32,000 nt of DNA from Candidatus Babelota bacterium (GTDB taxonomy: Bacteria; Babelota; Babeliae; Babelales; Vermiphilaceae), in the NCBI GenBank assembly GCA_039809905.1, contig JBDHVY010000001.1:960001-992000 (forward strand), read 5' to 3'. Below the pieces are notes generated by a model that was given only the letters and a program-made list of their open reading frames with translations, was not told the DNA's origin and searched no databases. Below are positions 1 through 9,625 of this stretch, piece after piece. Position numbers and translations under genes: made by a program. Position 1 is the stretch's first letter. The number at the start of each line of letters is the position of its first letter.

Positions 1-995
1 CCGCCACCTAGCGTAATGCCACAACATATAGCAGCAGGATTTACTGATAAATTATTAACGTTAAGTATGGCACCTGGTGCAAATTCTTTTGCCAAGTCTA
101 TTCCGAGATCTATACCTGCAGCGATAAAATCATCCTTTAATGTTCTACCTGCTTGGTTGGCAACATCGGTAAAAAATGTATTTTCAGGAAAAAGTTCGGG
201 ATGACAATGCATACCAACTTGATTATAATCTGTAGCGTTTATTTGAGTGTTAGCATATTCCAAACCACTATCAATAGCTTTTGTGCCACTTTGAGTAATT
301 ACTTCGAAACTTTTTTTAGCTGCTTGCGCCGCAATGCTTGCTTTATTTTCCCAAAGCTTATTTTTAGTTGCCTCTAGTGCATTTTCTGAACTATCTTTAC
401 CTAAAGATATAATAGCAGCACTTGTTCCGCCAACAATAGCGCCTTTAAGAGTATGTGCTGCTAAATGTTCTATTTGTTGTTCAGGAGATTTTTCAAGTTT
501 TACCGTAACATGAGACAATGAAAGTCTAACTGCCAGAGGCATATCAGAACCAATTTGTCGCCATGTTTGCGCTGAAACAGAAAGAGTATTTTTATCATGA
601 CTTGCTATTAAACCATTGTATATTTTCTCTGCGGCTTCTTTTTGTGCGTGAGGCATATTATAAAATATGCTTACGGGCAATGGAGCACCAGCTTCTTGAG
701 ATTTCTGAGTCAATTCTTGTGCTTTTTTAAAGTCGGCAATTGCATAAACAGGATTCTGTGCAGTATTACTATAGGTAGCATTGAGCAATACGCCCTCGAT
801 TTGTGTATTAGCAGTTTTGATAGATTGTGAAATCGGTGTAGCATACGCAAGTTTGGGATCCCTATTAAGGTTCCTATTGATCTTGCTTAATTCTTTTTGT
901 GTAGTTTTGAGTTGTTGTTTATTAAACTGAGAACCATGTACTAAACATGAAATCATGATGCCGCTAATGGCGAAAAATAATCTTACTATTTTCAT
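1..995 (-). CDS. Hypothetical exported protein, partial (runs off the left edge of the window)
   Basis: Manual reverse translation from the ATG at 995 gives an open frame MKIVRLFFAISGIMISCLVHGSQFNKQQLKTTQKELSKINRNLNRDPKLAYATPISQSIKTANTQIEGV... with a signal-peptide-like N-terminus and no stop down to position 1. The supplied ORF track omits it, probably because it has no stop inside the window. Confidence 0.8.
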   Translation of the reverse strand, partial: MKIVRLFFAISGIMISCLVHGSQFNKQQLKTTQKELSKINRNLNRDPKLAYATPISQSIKTANTQIEGVLLNATYSNTAQNPVYAIADFKKAQELTQKSQEAGAPLPVSIFYNMPHAQKEAAEKIYNGLIASHDKNTLSVSAQTWRQIGSDMPLAVRLSLSHVTVKLEKSPEQQIEHLAAHTLKGAIVGGTSAAIISLGKDSSENALEATKNKLWENKASIAAQAAKKSFEVITQSGTKAIDSGLEYANTQINATDYNQVGMHCHPELFPENTFFTDVANQAGRTLKDDFIAAGIDLGIDLAKEFAPGAILNVNNLSVNPAAICCGITLGG

Positions 996-1018
996 AATAA
1001 TGCTCCAAAGTAATATTT

Positions 1019-1444
1019 TTATTCTGTTATTGTTCTATCTTTTATTGAAGGTACTTTGATAACTTGTTCTAGGTACAATGCCTCAAAATTGGTTTTGTTT
1101 CCGGGAGCTGGATAAGTCGTTGTTCCAGGTACAGGACTATTATATATACGATGTTTATGGTCAAGAAATGCTTCTACTGCGCCATATGCTAGACCACCGC
1201 CAAGACCCATTACGCCTGATACATAAAATAAAGAAGTATCTTCCTTAGAAAAATCTCTGCCAGAGCAGTGAATTTTTAAACCGGCTAAGATCAATCCGGC
1301 GCAACCGCCTAAACAGCCTTTTTTTACTATTTTTCCTGCGATCTCTGTACCAGATGGCTGTTGAAGAGAGTGATTTTCACAGCCAATTGCTTGAAATACG
1401 CTGAATATGCTTAAAACTACTGCAAGAATATTTTTATTAGACAT
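1019..1444 (-). CDS. Small Gly-rich putative lipoprotein / exported protein, unknown function
   Basis: 141-aa ORF, hydrophobic N-terminus ending in a lipobox-like ...QAIGC, then a glycine-rich hydrophobic segment (GVMGLGGGLAYGAVEAF). Confidence 0.65.
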   Translation of the reverse strand: MSNKNILAVVLSIFSVFQAIGCENHSLQQPSGTEIAGKIVKKGCLGGCAGLILAGLKIHCSGRDFSKEDTSLFYVSGVMGLGGGLAYGAVEAFLDHKHRIYNSPVPGTTTYPAPGNKTNFEALYLEQVIKVPSIKDRTITE

Positions 1445-1659
1445 ATAGCATCCTTGTTTTTTATAGGTAAATCGAGTCTAGTAGCTTATATAATATAGTT
1501 TATATAAAAAAATATTTATGTCAATGTGAATTATTTTTAATAAGAATAGGCTGAGAGTGCTATAAAGCCGTGCCTATTAGATGATTGCTTTTTGTATGAT
1601 TCCAATTATATAGTTTGCTTATATGTTGTGCTTTTAAATGGAAGTCAAAGGATACAAGA

Positions 1660-4122
1660 ATGAAGTATGTAACCTGTTTAGTATTGCTTAGTATATTCTG
1701 TGCAGTAGACATTATAGCAAAAAAAAGCAATATACCAGCAGCTGAGGACCATGCATCAGAGAGTTTTTTTAAACGAATATTTGTAAAAGAAAAAAGAACG
1801 CTGTCTGTGGATAAAAAATGCAAAAATTTGATATGTCTTTTTGATCCTGAATATCAAGAAACCATAATAGATGAAGGAGGAGCTTTGGCATTTGAACTCA
1901 TGGATGCTCTTAATGAAAAGATAGCCCCTATTATTGTAACGCCAAATATTCTCGAAAACTTTTGTTATGGAAAAATCCATCGTTGGAAAAATATTAAAAA
2001 ATTGTTATTTCAAAGATCCCATTTTGCCGGAAAATTACTTACGACAAATTTATCTGGATGGGAATGTTATTTTCATAAGAATGGAGGATGGGTATTATTG
2101 GTTCCAACTCGATATGCTGATTTGTATATAAATGAACCGATATCAAAAGAAAATCCGGAACAATGTGGTTTTAATCTTAATAATCTTGAGAAAGTAGAAG
2201 ATCTATCCTATGCAACAATTGTGGAACGTGTGCGAAATAATGGGCTACGGCATAATAGTACACTTGATGATTTTGAATCTTTATTTTTAAAAAAAGATAG
2301 TAACGATCGATTTGTGCCTGCGTGGAACATATATGTAATTGGGCATGGAGGACCAACTCCAAAAGTTACAATCGAGAAACAAGATGATCGTACGGTAATA
2401 AGATCGATTAAAAAGGTACAATCCGATATTGAAAAAATACAGTCAGAAGTATCGCAGTTTGAATTGAAAGATAAAGAAAAAGAATTGAAAACATTGCTTC
2501 GAAAGCTCAAACAAATTCGTTCTCAAGGTGTGACATGGGATAGAGAAACATTTTATGGAACTGTTGGTTGGAGAGATCAAGATTTTAGACAGCTTCTACA
2601 TTTTTTTGAATATGGTATAAAAACTTCGTATTTACACTATACAACATGCTTTTCAGGAGGTTTTAACCAAACACTACTGAGCGAAGAACTTGCACTTATA
2701 GATGTCAGTTTTATTGTTTCAACAATAGGAATAAACGAAGCCGTAGTCTATTATAGTGCAAAACCGATGAAGTTTACGAATTTTTTTAAAAAATTGGATG
2801 TACTCATGTGTGATCCAAGAGAAGGAAATCTGGATCAGGAATCAAGAAATGCTTTATTGAAAGATTCAATTATAGATATTGTTGGTAGTCTGATATCTAA
2901 AGACTGGTTTGATTATAAGCAGCCATTTGTTCGTTTACCATCAGCTGGGGTATTTAAGGCCGTCGATCTTGCTCAACATGTAGAATTATTGACTCATTCT
3001 TTGGCTAAAGCGCATGAAATTGAGGGTTCACCGATTGATTATACTGATCCATCAATAAAAACTATTTTTATATATCCAAATCACGTTAAAGTACCATTAA
3101 TGATTAAAGATCATGTTGCTATTGTATCTCCTGCTCCGCAAACTGTGCATGCAATACCAAAGTCTACTATTCATATTCTTGAAAAAGTGTCTTATCAAGA
3201 TAATTTATCTTCGATAATTCCAAATTTTGTATCATTTAATTCTCGTTATCAACCGATTGTATTTGTTATCAAGGAATTGTATTGTTTGGGTAATCCAGAT
3301 TTGTTTTTAAGTGTGCAAAAAAATAATCCAATAGTTATTAATGATATTATTATTATTATTTCCTTTCAACAACAGGAGCTTGATGTCTCTTTTGATGCAG
3401 ATGCCGCTGTTGATATTGATGTTGTGTTTACTCACAATGATAATAATTATTTTATTTCAAAAAACGTTCCTCATTTGCAAAAAAACATAGAAGAGCTCTT
3501 TGCTACATTTAAAATAGGAAAATTTGAAATTCTTACTGAACAACAATTAGCCTTATTTGCTGAAAAAATTCTTGATGCTTCATTCATTACAGCTCTTAAA
3601 AATAAAAATAAGCCAATAACATTGCCTCTTATTATCGAATATTTAGAAAAACAAATTCATGGAGCAATGGTGACGAAAAAGGTAAGCGCTGAACGCTATC
3701 CTGTTTTATTAAAAAAAATAAAAGGGTTAGAACGAATTACTTCTCCTGAAGCTCTTAAGATGCAAAAAAAATTCATTGTACAGACCAAAGCTGTTCCTGC
3801 AGTATCATGGATACATCGTCTTGAGGTCTTGGAAAATCTTGTAAAAAAAATGCTCCATCAAATAAATACTCTCATGAAAAAGCAACAAAATCATAATCTA
3901 ATATCATTTAAAGAAAGAGTAGAAGAGATAGCAAAAACAATTGCCAAGGAACAAGCAATTGCCAAAAGCCAATTAACATTGAAAGAACAAGCTTTACTTT
4001 ACAAAAAGCAGGCGTCCGATGTATTGCAACGAACGGCTGGCCAGATGAGAGATGTTGTCAGAGAAAAATTAGGATATGAAAAATCTGATACATCGAGATC
4101 TGGATATGGTAGACCACGGTAA
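1660..4122 (+). CDS. Large exported protein with a putative caspase-fold (clan CD) His/Cys motif pair; unknown function
   Basis: ORF 1615..4122. The more likely start is the ATG at 1660 (MKYVTCLVLLSIFCAVDIIAKK signal-like N-terminus). It contains NIYVIGHGGPTP (His codon 2344-2346) and YLHYTTCFSGGF (Cys codon 2647-2649), and a charged coiled-coil-like C-terminus. Confidence 0.8.
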   Translation: MKYVTCLVLLSIFCAVDIIAKKSNIPAAEDHASESFFKRIFVKEKRTLSVDKKCKNLICLFDPEYQETIIDEGGALAFELMDALNEKIAPIIVTPNILENFCYGKIHRWKNIKKLLFQRSHFAGKLLTTNLSGWECYFHKNGGWVLLVPTRYADLYINEPISKENPEQCGFNLNNLEKVEDLSYATIVERVRNNGLRHNSTLDDFESLFLKKDSNDRFVPAWNIYVIGHGGPTPKVTIEKQDDRTVIRSIKKVQSDIEKIQSEVSQFELKDKEKELKTLLRKLKQIRSQGVTWDRETFYGTVGWRDQDFRQLLHFFEYGIKTSYLHYTTCFSGGFNQTLLSEELALIDVSFIVSTIGINEAVVYYSAKPMKFTNFFKKLDVLMCDPREGNLDQESRNALLKDSIIDIVGSLISKDWFDYKQPFVRLPSAGVFKAVDLAQHVELLTHSLAKAHEIEGSPIDYTDPSIKTIFIYPNHVKVPLMIKDHVAIVSPAPQTVHAIPKSTIHILEKVSYQDNLSSIIPNFVSFNSRYQPIVFVIKELYCLGNPDLFLSVQKNNPIVINDIIIIISFQQQELDVSFDADAAVDIDVVFTHNDNNYFISKNVPHLQKNIEELFATFKIGKFEILTEQQLALFAEKILDASFITALKNKNKPITLPLIIEYLEKQIHGAMVTKKVSAERYPVLLKKIKGLERITSPEALKMQKKFIVQTKAVPAVSWIHRLEVLENLVKKMLHQINTLMKKQQNHNLISFKERVEEIAKTIAKEQAIAKSQLTLKEQALLYKKQASDVLQRTAGQMRDVVREKLGYEKSDTSRSGYGRPR

Positions 4123-4164
4123 AAAAGGGCGGGCTGATTTTTATATCAGCCTGTCCTTTTTTAT
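4121..4164 (+). terminator. Rho-independent terminator of the 1660..4122 gene
   Basis: aaaaaagggcgggctgat-tttttat-atcagcctgtccttttttatttt: long hairpin followed by a T-run, directly at the stop codon. Confidence 0.7.
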
Positions 4165-4189
4165 TTTCCTACGACTTATCTTTATTTTA

Positions 4190-4224
4190 CCCCATCTTTT
4201 ACGGTCCATCGTATGGGGATCCCA
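4190..4224. repeat. Possible member of a dispersed palindromic intergenic element family
   Basis: ccccatcttttacggtccatcgtatggggatccca; ccccat/atgggg inverted ends. Resembles the elements at 6601-6630, 6640-6671 and 15161-15196. Confidence 0.4.
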
Positions 4225-4276
4225 TAACAAGATATTTTATGAATGTTTATAGAAGAGGTTAAATGATATGATATTT

Positions 4277-6520
4277 TTATGACTTATATCCGCAATCTTT
4301 ATTCAAACAAATCAATGTTGATTCGCCTTCTTTATTTGTTTTTTTAGTCAAGAATGGCCACTTACATTGTGGGCATGGGGTTTCTTCAATTGGATCAAAG
4401 ATTGCAAGTTTGCATTTAGGATATCCAGAGCATCCCCAGAATTTGCCGCCACGCCATGCGCGTTCAATAATATCGTTGCCGCATTGTGGGCATTTGAACG
4501 GTAATGTTTTGCGTTCAATATATTTGCATTCTGGGTAACCGGAACATGCAATAAAGTCGCCGTATTTTCCATGCATTTGCCGTAATTGCTTGCCGCAGTT
4601 AGGACATTTTTTATCAAGCAGCTGTGGTGCTTCTGTTTCTTTTAATTCAATAGTTCCTTTTTCATCGCGAATGAAATTAGAAGTAAAGGTGCATTCAGGA
4701 TAACCGGTACAGCCTAAAAACTCTCCGGATTTACCAAATCGAATGGCAAGCTTGTGCTCTTTGCATTGTGGACAGGTAATATCAGTTTCAACTGCTTTTT
4801 TACCGCCATCTTTTCCTGCAAATAAAGCAAGATCTGCTTCAAAAGCTTTATGAAAATCTCTTAAAAGGATATCGCGTTCAAGCTCACCATGAGCAACTTT
4901 ATCCAATTCTTCTTCCATTTGAGCGGTGAACTTTGGATTCATAATCTCTGGCAAGTTTTTAACGAGCATCTCAGTTACAACCATGCCAAGTTCAGTTGGC
5001 ATAAATTTCTTTTTTTCAAGCGTTGTATATGCGCGTGCGCGAATCGTGTTAAGAATGGTAGCATAGGTACTTGGTCGTCCAATGCCTTCTTTTTCAAGTT
5101 CTTTAACAAGTGATGCTTCAGTAAATCGTGGTTGTGGTTGAGTAAAATGTTGTTTTGGATCAATTTTTTTCAAATCCAGTTCTTTTTTTGCAGTAAGATC
5201 GGCTGGCAATACAACTTTCTCATCTTTTTCGCCTTCTTCCTCTTCTTGATAAACATGTAAAAATCCATCAAAAATCAGCGTTGAGCCAGTGACTTTGAAA
5301 ATGTAGATACCACCTTTAATGGTAACTTGACGTTGTGCATATTCAGCTGCCTTCATCTGACATGCTACAAATCGCTTCCAAATTAAATCATATAATTTTG
5401 CTTCATCTGGCCCCAGATATTGTCTAATTTTTTCGGGAGACATATTTACATCAATAGGCCTGATTGCTTCATGGGCATCTTGCGTTTTTGCTTTTGTCTT
5501 TTTTTCAAAAACATTAGCCTTTGAAGGTAGATAGTCACCTTTATAATTTTTATTAATATATGAGCGTACTTGTTGCAGGGCAGTATCTGCTATACGCAAT
5601 GAATCCGTACGCATATAAGTAATAAGAGCTACTGGAGAGCTTGGATCTTTAAGTGCAACACCTTCATAAAGATGCTGAGCAACTTGCATTGTTTTTTTTA
5701 CAGAAAAACCAAGTAAGTTATATGCTGCTTGCTGTAAAGTACTGGTCATAAAGGGAGGCAAAGGATTTCTTGTTCTGGTTTTATCGGTGATAGACTCAAT
5801 AGAAAATTGTTCTTTTTTGAGTTTTTCAATAATTTCCTGAGCTGCTTTTTCATTCTTTATATCAGCTTTTTCTTTCCCAATATTGGTCAAAGGTGCTGTA
5901 ATGAGTGCTTTGTTGTGCGCAAAGCTGCCGGTAATACTCCAATATTCTTCTGGCACAAAGCTACGGATAGATTTTTCTCGATCGCAAATCATGCGCAAAG
6001 CGACTGATTGCACACGGCCTGCAGAAAGACCTTTTGCTATTTTTCTCCATAAGATAGGAGAAACTTCATATCCTACCCATCTATCAAGCACGCGGCGTGC
6101 TTGTTGTGCTTCTACAAGCTTCATATTGATTTCACCAGGATGATTGATGGCCTCAATAATTGCAGGTTCGGTAATTTCATTAAAGCTGATGCGGTAGATT
6201 TTCGCCCCTTTTTTGGCTACTTTTTGAATTTCTTGTGCAATGTGCCACCCAATAATTTCTCCTTCACGATCAGGATCGGGTGCTACATAAATAATATCGC
6301 AGGTAGAAGCTTGTTTACAAATGCTTGCAATTGTTTGATCTTTACCATCAAGAACAACATATTCTATAGAAATGTTGTCTTTATTAAGAGAAACCCCCAG
6401 TTTTTTTGAAGGCAGATCTTTAATATGTCCCATAGTGGACATAATAACATAATCCTTATCCAATAACTTGGAAATGGTTTTGATTTTTGATGGTGATTCA
6501 ACAATGATTAACTTTTTCAT
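4277..6520 (-). CDS. topA: DNA topoisomerase I (type IA) with C-terminal zinc-ribbon repeats
   Basis: 747 aa; MKKLIIVESPSKIKTISKLL, PDPDREGEIIGWH, LSAGRVQSVALR, ITYMRTDSLR, and four C-terminal zinc-finger units (CPQCKEHKL..CTGYPEC, CPNC..CSGYPEC, CPQCG..CSGYPKC, CPQCKWPF..CLNKDCGY). Confidence 0.98.
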   Translation of the reverse strand: MKKLIIVESPSKIKTISKLLDKDYVIMSTMGHIKDLPSKKLGVSLNKDNISIEYVVLDGKDQTIASICKQASTCDIIYVAPDPDREGEIIGWHIAQEIQKVAKKGAKIYRISFNEITEPAIIEAINHPGEINMKLVEAQQARRVLDRWVGYEVSPILWRKIAKGLSAGRVQSVALRMICDREKSIRSFVPEEYWSITGSFAHNKALITAPLTNIGKEKADIKNEKAAQEIIEKLKKEQFSIESITDKTRTRNPLPPFMTSTLQQAAYNLLGFSVKKTMQVAQHLYEGVALKDPSSPVALITYMRTDSLRIADTALQQVRSYINKNYKGDYLPSKANVFEKKTKAKTQDAHEAIRPIDVNMSPEKIRQYLGPDEAKLYDLIWKRFVACQMKAAEYAQRQVTIKGGIYIFKVTGSTLIFDGFLHVYQEEEEGEKDEKVVLPADLTAKKELDLKKIDPKQHFTQPQPRFTEASLVKELEKEGIGRPSTYATILNTIRARAYTTLEKKKFMPTELGMVVTEMLVKNLPEIMNPKFTAQMEEELDKVAHGELERDILLRDFHKAFEADLALFAGKDGGKKAVETDITCPQCKEHKLAIRFGKSGEFLGCTGYPECTFTSNFIRDEKGTIELKETEAPQLLDKKCPNCGKQLRQMHGKYGDFIACSGYPECKYIERKTLPFKCPQCGNDIIERAWRGGKFWGCSGYPKCKLAIFDPIEETPCPQCKWPFLTKKTNKEGESTLICLNKDCGYKS

Positions 6521-6600
6521 ATTTATCTTTTTAGTCGGTGATTCTATTTTGTTTTACTCTTCTATAATAAAGTATGTATTTTCAAAAAGTCAAATAATTA

Positions 6601-6630
6601 TCCCCATGTCCATTTTGCATAGGGACCCCA
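6601..6630. repeat. Dispersed short element, copy A (possibly degenerate)
   Basis: tccccatgtccattttgcatagggacccca; same pattern as the adjacent copy B and the copy at 15161. Confidence 0.5.
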
Positions 6631-6639
6631 TTTTGAGCT

Positions 6640-6671
6640 CCATGTTCGTTGCATTTCACATGGGGACCCCA
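6640..6671. repeat. Dispersed short palindromic element, copy B
   Basis: ccatgttcgttgcatttcacatggggacccca; internal inverted repeat ccatgt/acatgg. Confidence 0.55.
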
Positions 6672-6709
6672 GTTAAGATTCATCCAAATTGAGGAAAAAT
6701 CTAGTTTTC

Positions 6710-7444
6710 TTATTGATTATCTTGAGTTTTATATCGTAACAAAGATCTATGAAGCCTGTCGATATCCTTTTTTAGATCTTCTGTTGTCGATAAATCAGGA
6801 GCTAGAAAGTCTCCCTCTTTTCGTCCATGATATTTTTCATAGGTCTGAGTAACTGTTTCTTTAATGCTTTTCAAGAGCGCAGTTTTTAGATTGATTTGGC
6901 CTCGTTTAGTCGATTTGGTATAATCGTAATTATTAATAGCGGTAGCTTTGTTTGCATAATCTCTTCCAAGTGAGCCATCCATGATTTTTTGAAGTTCGTG
7001 TTCAGCCGCAAGATCACCAGGTAATTGAGTTATTGATGTATTAGATTTTTCCCAACGTACTTCAATATCCCAGCTTTGGTAACTTTTGCTAGGTTTGACA
7101 ATAATGACTGCATTTTTATCTTTGTTAAGAAACCTATTTGACTGAATTTCTTCGATCTGTTTTGAAAGTTCTGTGAAATATGACATAAAGCGAGAACCAG
7201 TTCCTGTTGTGCGGATAGATAGATTAATAACATTTTTTGGATCATACATTCCTATTAAAACTCGTCCTTGATTAGGAACAGCTATTTCTTCTGCTGTTGA
7301 ATCACTTTTTCCTTTTTTGTATTTAATAGTTGCCCCGTAGTGATTTTCTAGATAAATCTTGGGTTCTTTATTCATGCCAAGCATATTGTTGCATGAGATT
7401 ATTAATGTTGTTATCAACATTGTACGCATTATGAAATATTTCAT
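6710..7444 (-). CDS. Hypothetical exported protein
   Basis: 244 aa, hydrophobic N-terminus (MKYFIMRTMLITTLIISCNNMLGMNKEPK). No recognised domain. Confidence 0.7.
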   Translation of the reverse strand: MKYFIMRTMLITTLIISCNNMLGMNKEPKIYLENHYGATIKYKKGKSDSTAEEIAVPNQGRVLIGMYDPKNVINLSIRTTGTGSRFMSYFTELSKQIEEIQSNRFLNKDKNAVIIVKPSKSYQSWDIEVRWEKSNTSITQLPGDLAAEHELQKIMDGSLGRDYANKATAINNYDYTKSTKRGQINLKTALLKSIKETVTQTYEKYHGRKEGDFLAPDLSTTEDLKKDIDRLHRSLLRYKTQDNQ

Positions 7445-7629
7445 AAAAACTCCTTTGTTACACTATAAATAATATAGTGGACCTGTTAAAACACTTCTTT
7501 ATTTGATATTAGACTATTTGTTTAAAAAAAATCAATTAAATTTTCCTGTTTGAATGATAAGAACTATTTTTTGAGAAAAAATAATGTTTGTGTAAAATGA
7601 ATATAAAGTTTAGTGTATAAAGGAAAATA

Positions 7630-7995
7630 ATGGCTACGAAATATCGTGAATTACTAGAAAAAGTCAGAGATTTAAAATTCAATAAAGATGATATGCCTCC
7701 ACTCACGTATGAGGATGAAAATGATTTATTGGAGGATCCAATAATTATAGAACGGCAACATCTGGCACATTTATTAAAGCGGTTTAAGCAAGAGCGTATT
7801 GAACAACAAGATATCTTTGATTGGATTCACTTTGTTTGGTTCTCCGATTACTTTAGCTGTGCTGATGAAGATGCTGATTGCATTACAAGCGTTATTCAAA
7901 TGCTTGAAGAGTTAGAAGAAGATGGTAATATTGATCCGGAAGATGCAGAGCGATGCTTGTATGCATTAGATCATAATGAGCCTATTTATGAATAA
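7630..7995 (+). CDS. Hypothetical small acidic protein
   Basis: 121 aa, strongly acidic, Glu/Asp-rich C-terminal half (MLEELEEDGNIDPEDAERCLYALDHNEPIYE); purine-rich aggaaa upstream of the ATG. Confidence 0.75.
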   Translation: MATKYRELLEKVRDLKFNKDDMPPLTYEDENDLLEDPIIIERQHLAHLLKRFKQERIEQQDIFDWIHFVWFSDYFSCADEDADCITSVIQMLEELEEDGNIDPEDAERCLYALDHNEPIYE

Positions 7996-8110
7996 AAATA
8001 CCCCAGCGATATGATTTTACGCTGGGGGCCTATCTAAGCGCCTCTTGTCTAAGCCTCAAATCTTTTATAAAGTAAAACTAAATGAACACGATATAAACAG
8101 AGGATGAAGG

Positions 8111-8881
8111 ATGACGTTAGTTCAAGCCTGGATAGATTCAATACAATTATTAAGACCAAAAAATTTAAAGTTATTTGCCTTGGTGACGATAAAATCGATT
8201 CTTGAGGCGTATAAATCAGTGTTTAAATATTTTTGGTGGCTACTTCTCATCTGTCTTATGATATCTGGCTATAGATTACTGATTGTTGATAGTAGAGATA
8301 TGGCAAGTCTTGTGCGCTATGCGCAAGTCCGTGGTGTTGTTTATTTGCTATATACATTATTTTTTTTGGGAATTTGTTTTATTACTCGTCCATCTATAGC
8401 AAAAAAAGATTGCGCTTATTTCCGTAATCAATATGCGAAAATTATTTTATATTGGTTACTGTGGGCGGCTTTAATGTTCGTTGCCGCTACGTATCGTTTT
8501 ATGCCTCTATTTTGGGTAAGTGCATATTCTGCATGGTATATATTTACCGTGCTTTTTTTTGCAGATTCTTCTGGTGGTCCCAAAAATTTCTTTCTTTCTA
8601 TGTGGCACGCGGTAAAAATGATCCTTTTCAACCTACCGTTATTATTGGTAGCAAGTGCGTTTTTTTATTGCTCAGAGATTCTTTTTTTTCAGATCATAAA
8701 AAGAGGTATTGTTTTCTTTGTTTCTGAAGAAAATGCTATGGCACAAGCACTTATTTTTGTGCGAATCATAAGCAACTTCCTTGGAGTTTTATTAATGCCC
8801 ATTGGTGTATGCACCTATGCAAATATTTATATTAAAAAATTACATGACCAATTTGATCTATATGTAAAGCAGCCTCAATAA
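8111..8881 (+). CDS. Multi-pass membrane protein, unknown function
   Basis: 256 aa with several hydrophobic segments; followed closely by the acyltransferase gene. Confidence 0.8.
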   Translation: MTLVQAWIDSIQLLRPKNLKLFALVTIKSILEAYKSVFKYFWWLLLICLMISGYRLLIVDSRDMASLVRYAQVRGVVYLLYTLFFLGICFITRPSIAKKDCAYFRNQYAKIILYWLLWAALMFVAATYRFMPLFWVSAYSAWYIFTVLFFADSSGGPKNFFLSMWHAVKMILFNLPLLLVASAFFYCSEILFFQIIKRGIVFFVSEENAMAQALIFVRIISNFLGVLLMPIGVCTYANIYIKKLHDQFDLYVKQPQ

Positions 8882-8890
8882 AGGAGTCTT

Positions 8891-9625
8891 ATGGAAATTG
8901 GAGTGATTCTCAGGAATCTTTTTTCACGTTTTTTGCTTGTTGTAGTGACAATTATTTTTTTCATTCCAATTGCTGTTTTTATTTGTATTCCTGAAAAATA
9001 TCGATATAAATATCCTGTTATTTTTTATCCCGTTCATTGGTTTTATGTCGCATTATTGAAAATAACTTTTTTGCGCATTACCTATAAAGGTTTAGAAAAT
9101 ATTCCAAAAAATCAGGCCGTTATTTTTGCAGCAAATCATCAATCAACGCTCGATATTCCACTCGTTGGGGTATTATCAAAAGGAGTGCCGCATGTATGGC
9201 TTGCCAAAGCTGAATTAATGGATTCTATTTTTATTCGTTGGCTTGTGCCTCTTATATCAGTTTTGGTGGATGTTTCTTCGCCGCGTAATGCAATGTTATC
9301 ATTGCGTAAAATAATAAATATTGTAAATAATCACCACCGTAATCTCATGATTTTCCCTGAAGGTACCAGGCGTATTGATGGAAAAGTTCATGAATTTTTT
9401 GGTGGTTTTGCCATTATTGCAAAAAAAACAGGTCGGCCAGTTGTGCCGGTATGTATCATAGGTATTAATAAAGCATATCCGCCAGAAACATTTTTACTTC
9501 ATCTCTATCCTGTTACTGTTATTGTAGGTAAGCCTTTTACCTATGAACAAGATGATACGGATGAAATATTTAAGCAGCGAGTGAGTAATTGGTTCACTGA
9601 GCAGATGGAGCGTAATCAATGTTGA
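8891..9625 (+). CDS. plsC: 1-acyl-sn-glycerol-3-phosphate acyltransferase family (PlsC-like)
   Basis: 244 aa; NHQSTLDIPLVG (HX4D motif, present here as NHQSTLD) and FPEGTRR motifs; N-terminal TM segment. Confidence 0.92.
   Translation: MEIGVILRNLFSRFLLVVVTIIFFIPIAVFICIPEKYRYKYPVIFYPVHWFYVALLKITFLRITYKGLENIPKNQAVIFAANHQSTLDIPLVGVLSKGVPHVWLAKAELMDSIFIRWLVPLISVLVDVSSPRNAMLSLRKIINIVNNHHRNLMIFPEGTRRIDGKVHEFFGGFAIIAKKTGRPVVPVCIIGINKAYPPETFLLHLYPVTVIVGKPFTYEQDDTDEIFKQRVSNWFTEQMERNQC

Noticed and set aside
16-830. Plus-strand ORFs 16..204, 153..377 and 642..830
   Set aside because: They are antisense to the long open minus-strand frame (signal peptide plus 330 aa) that runs off the left edge.
4889-6409. 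Plus-strand ORFs inside topA (4889..5113, 5807..6007, 5883..6143, 6101..6409)
   Set aside because: Antisense to highly conserved topA coding sequence.
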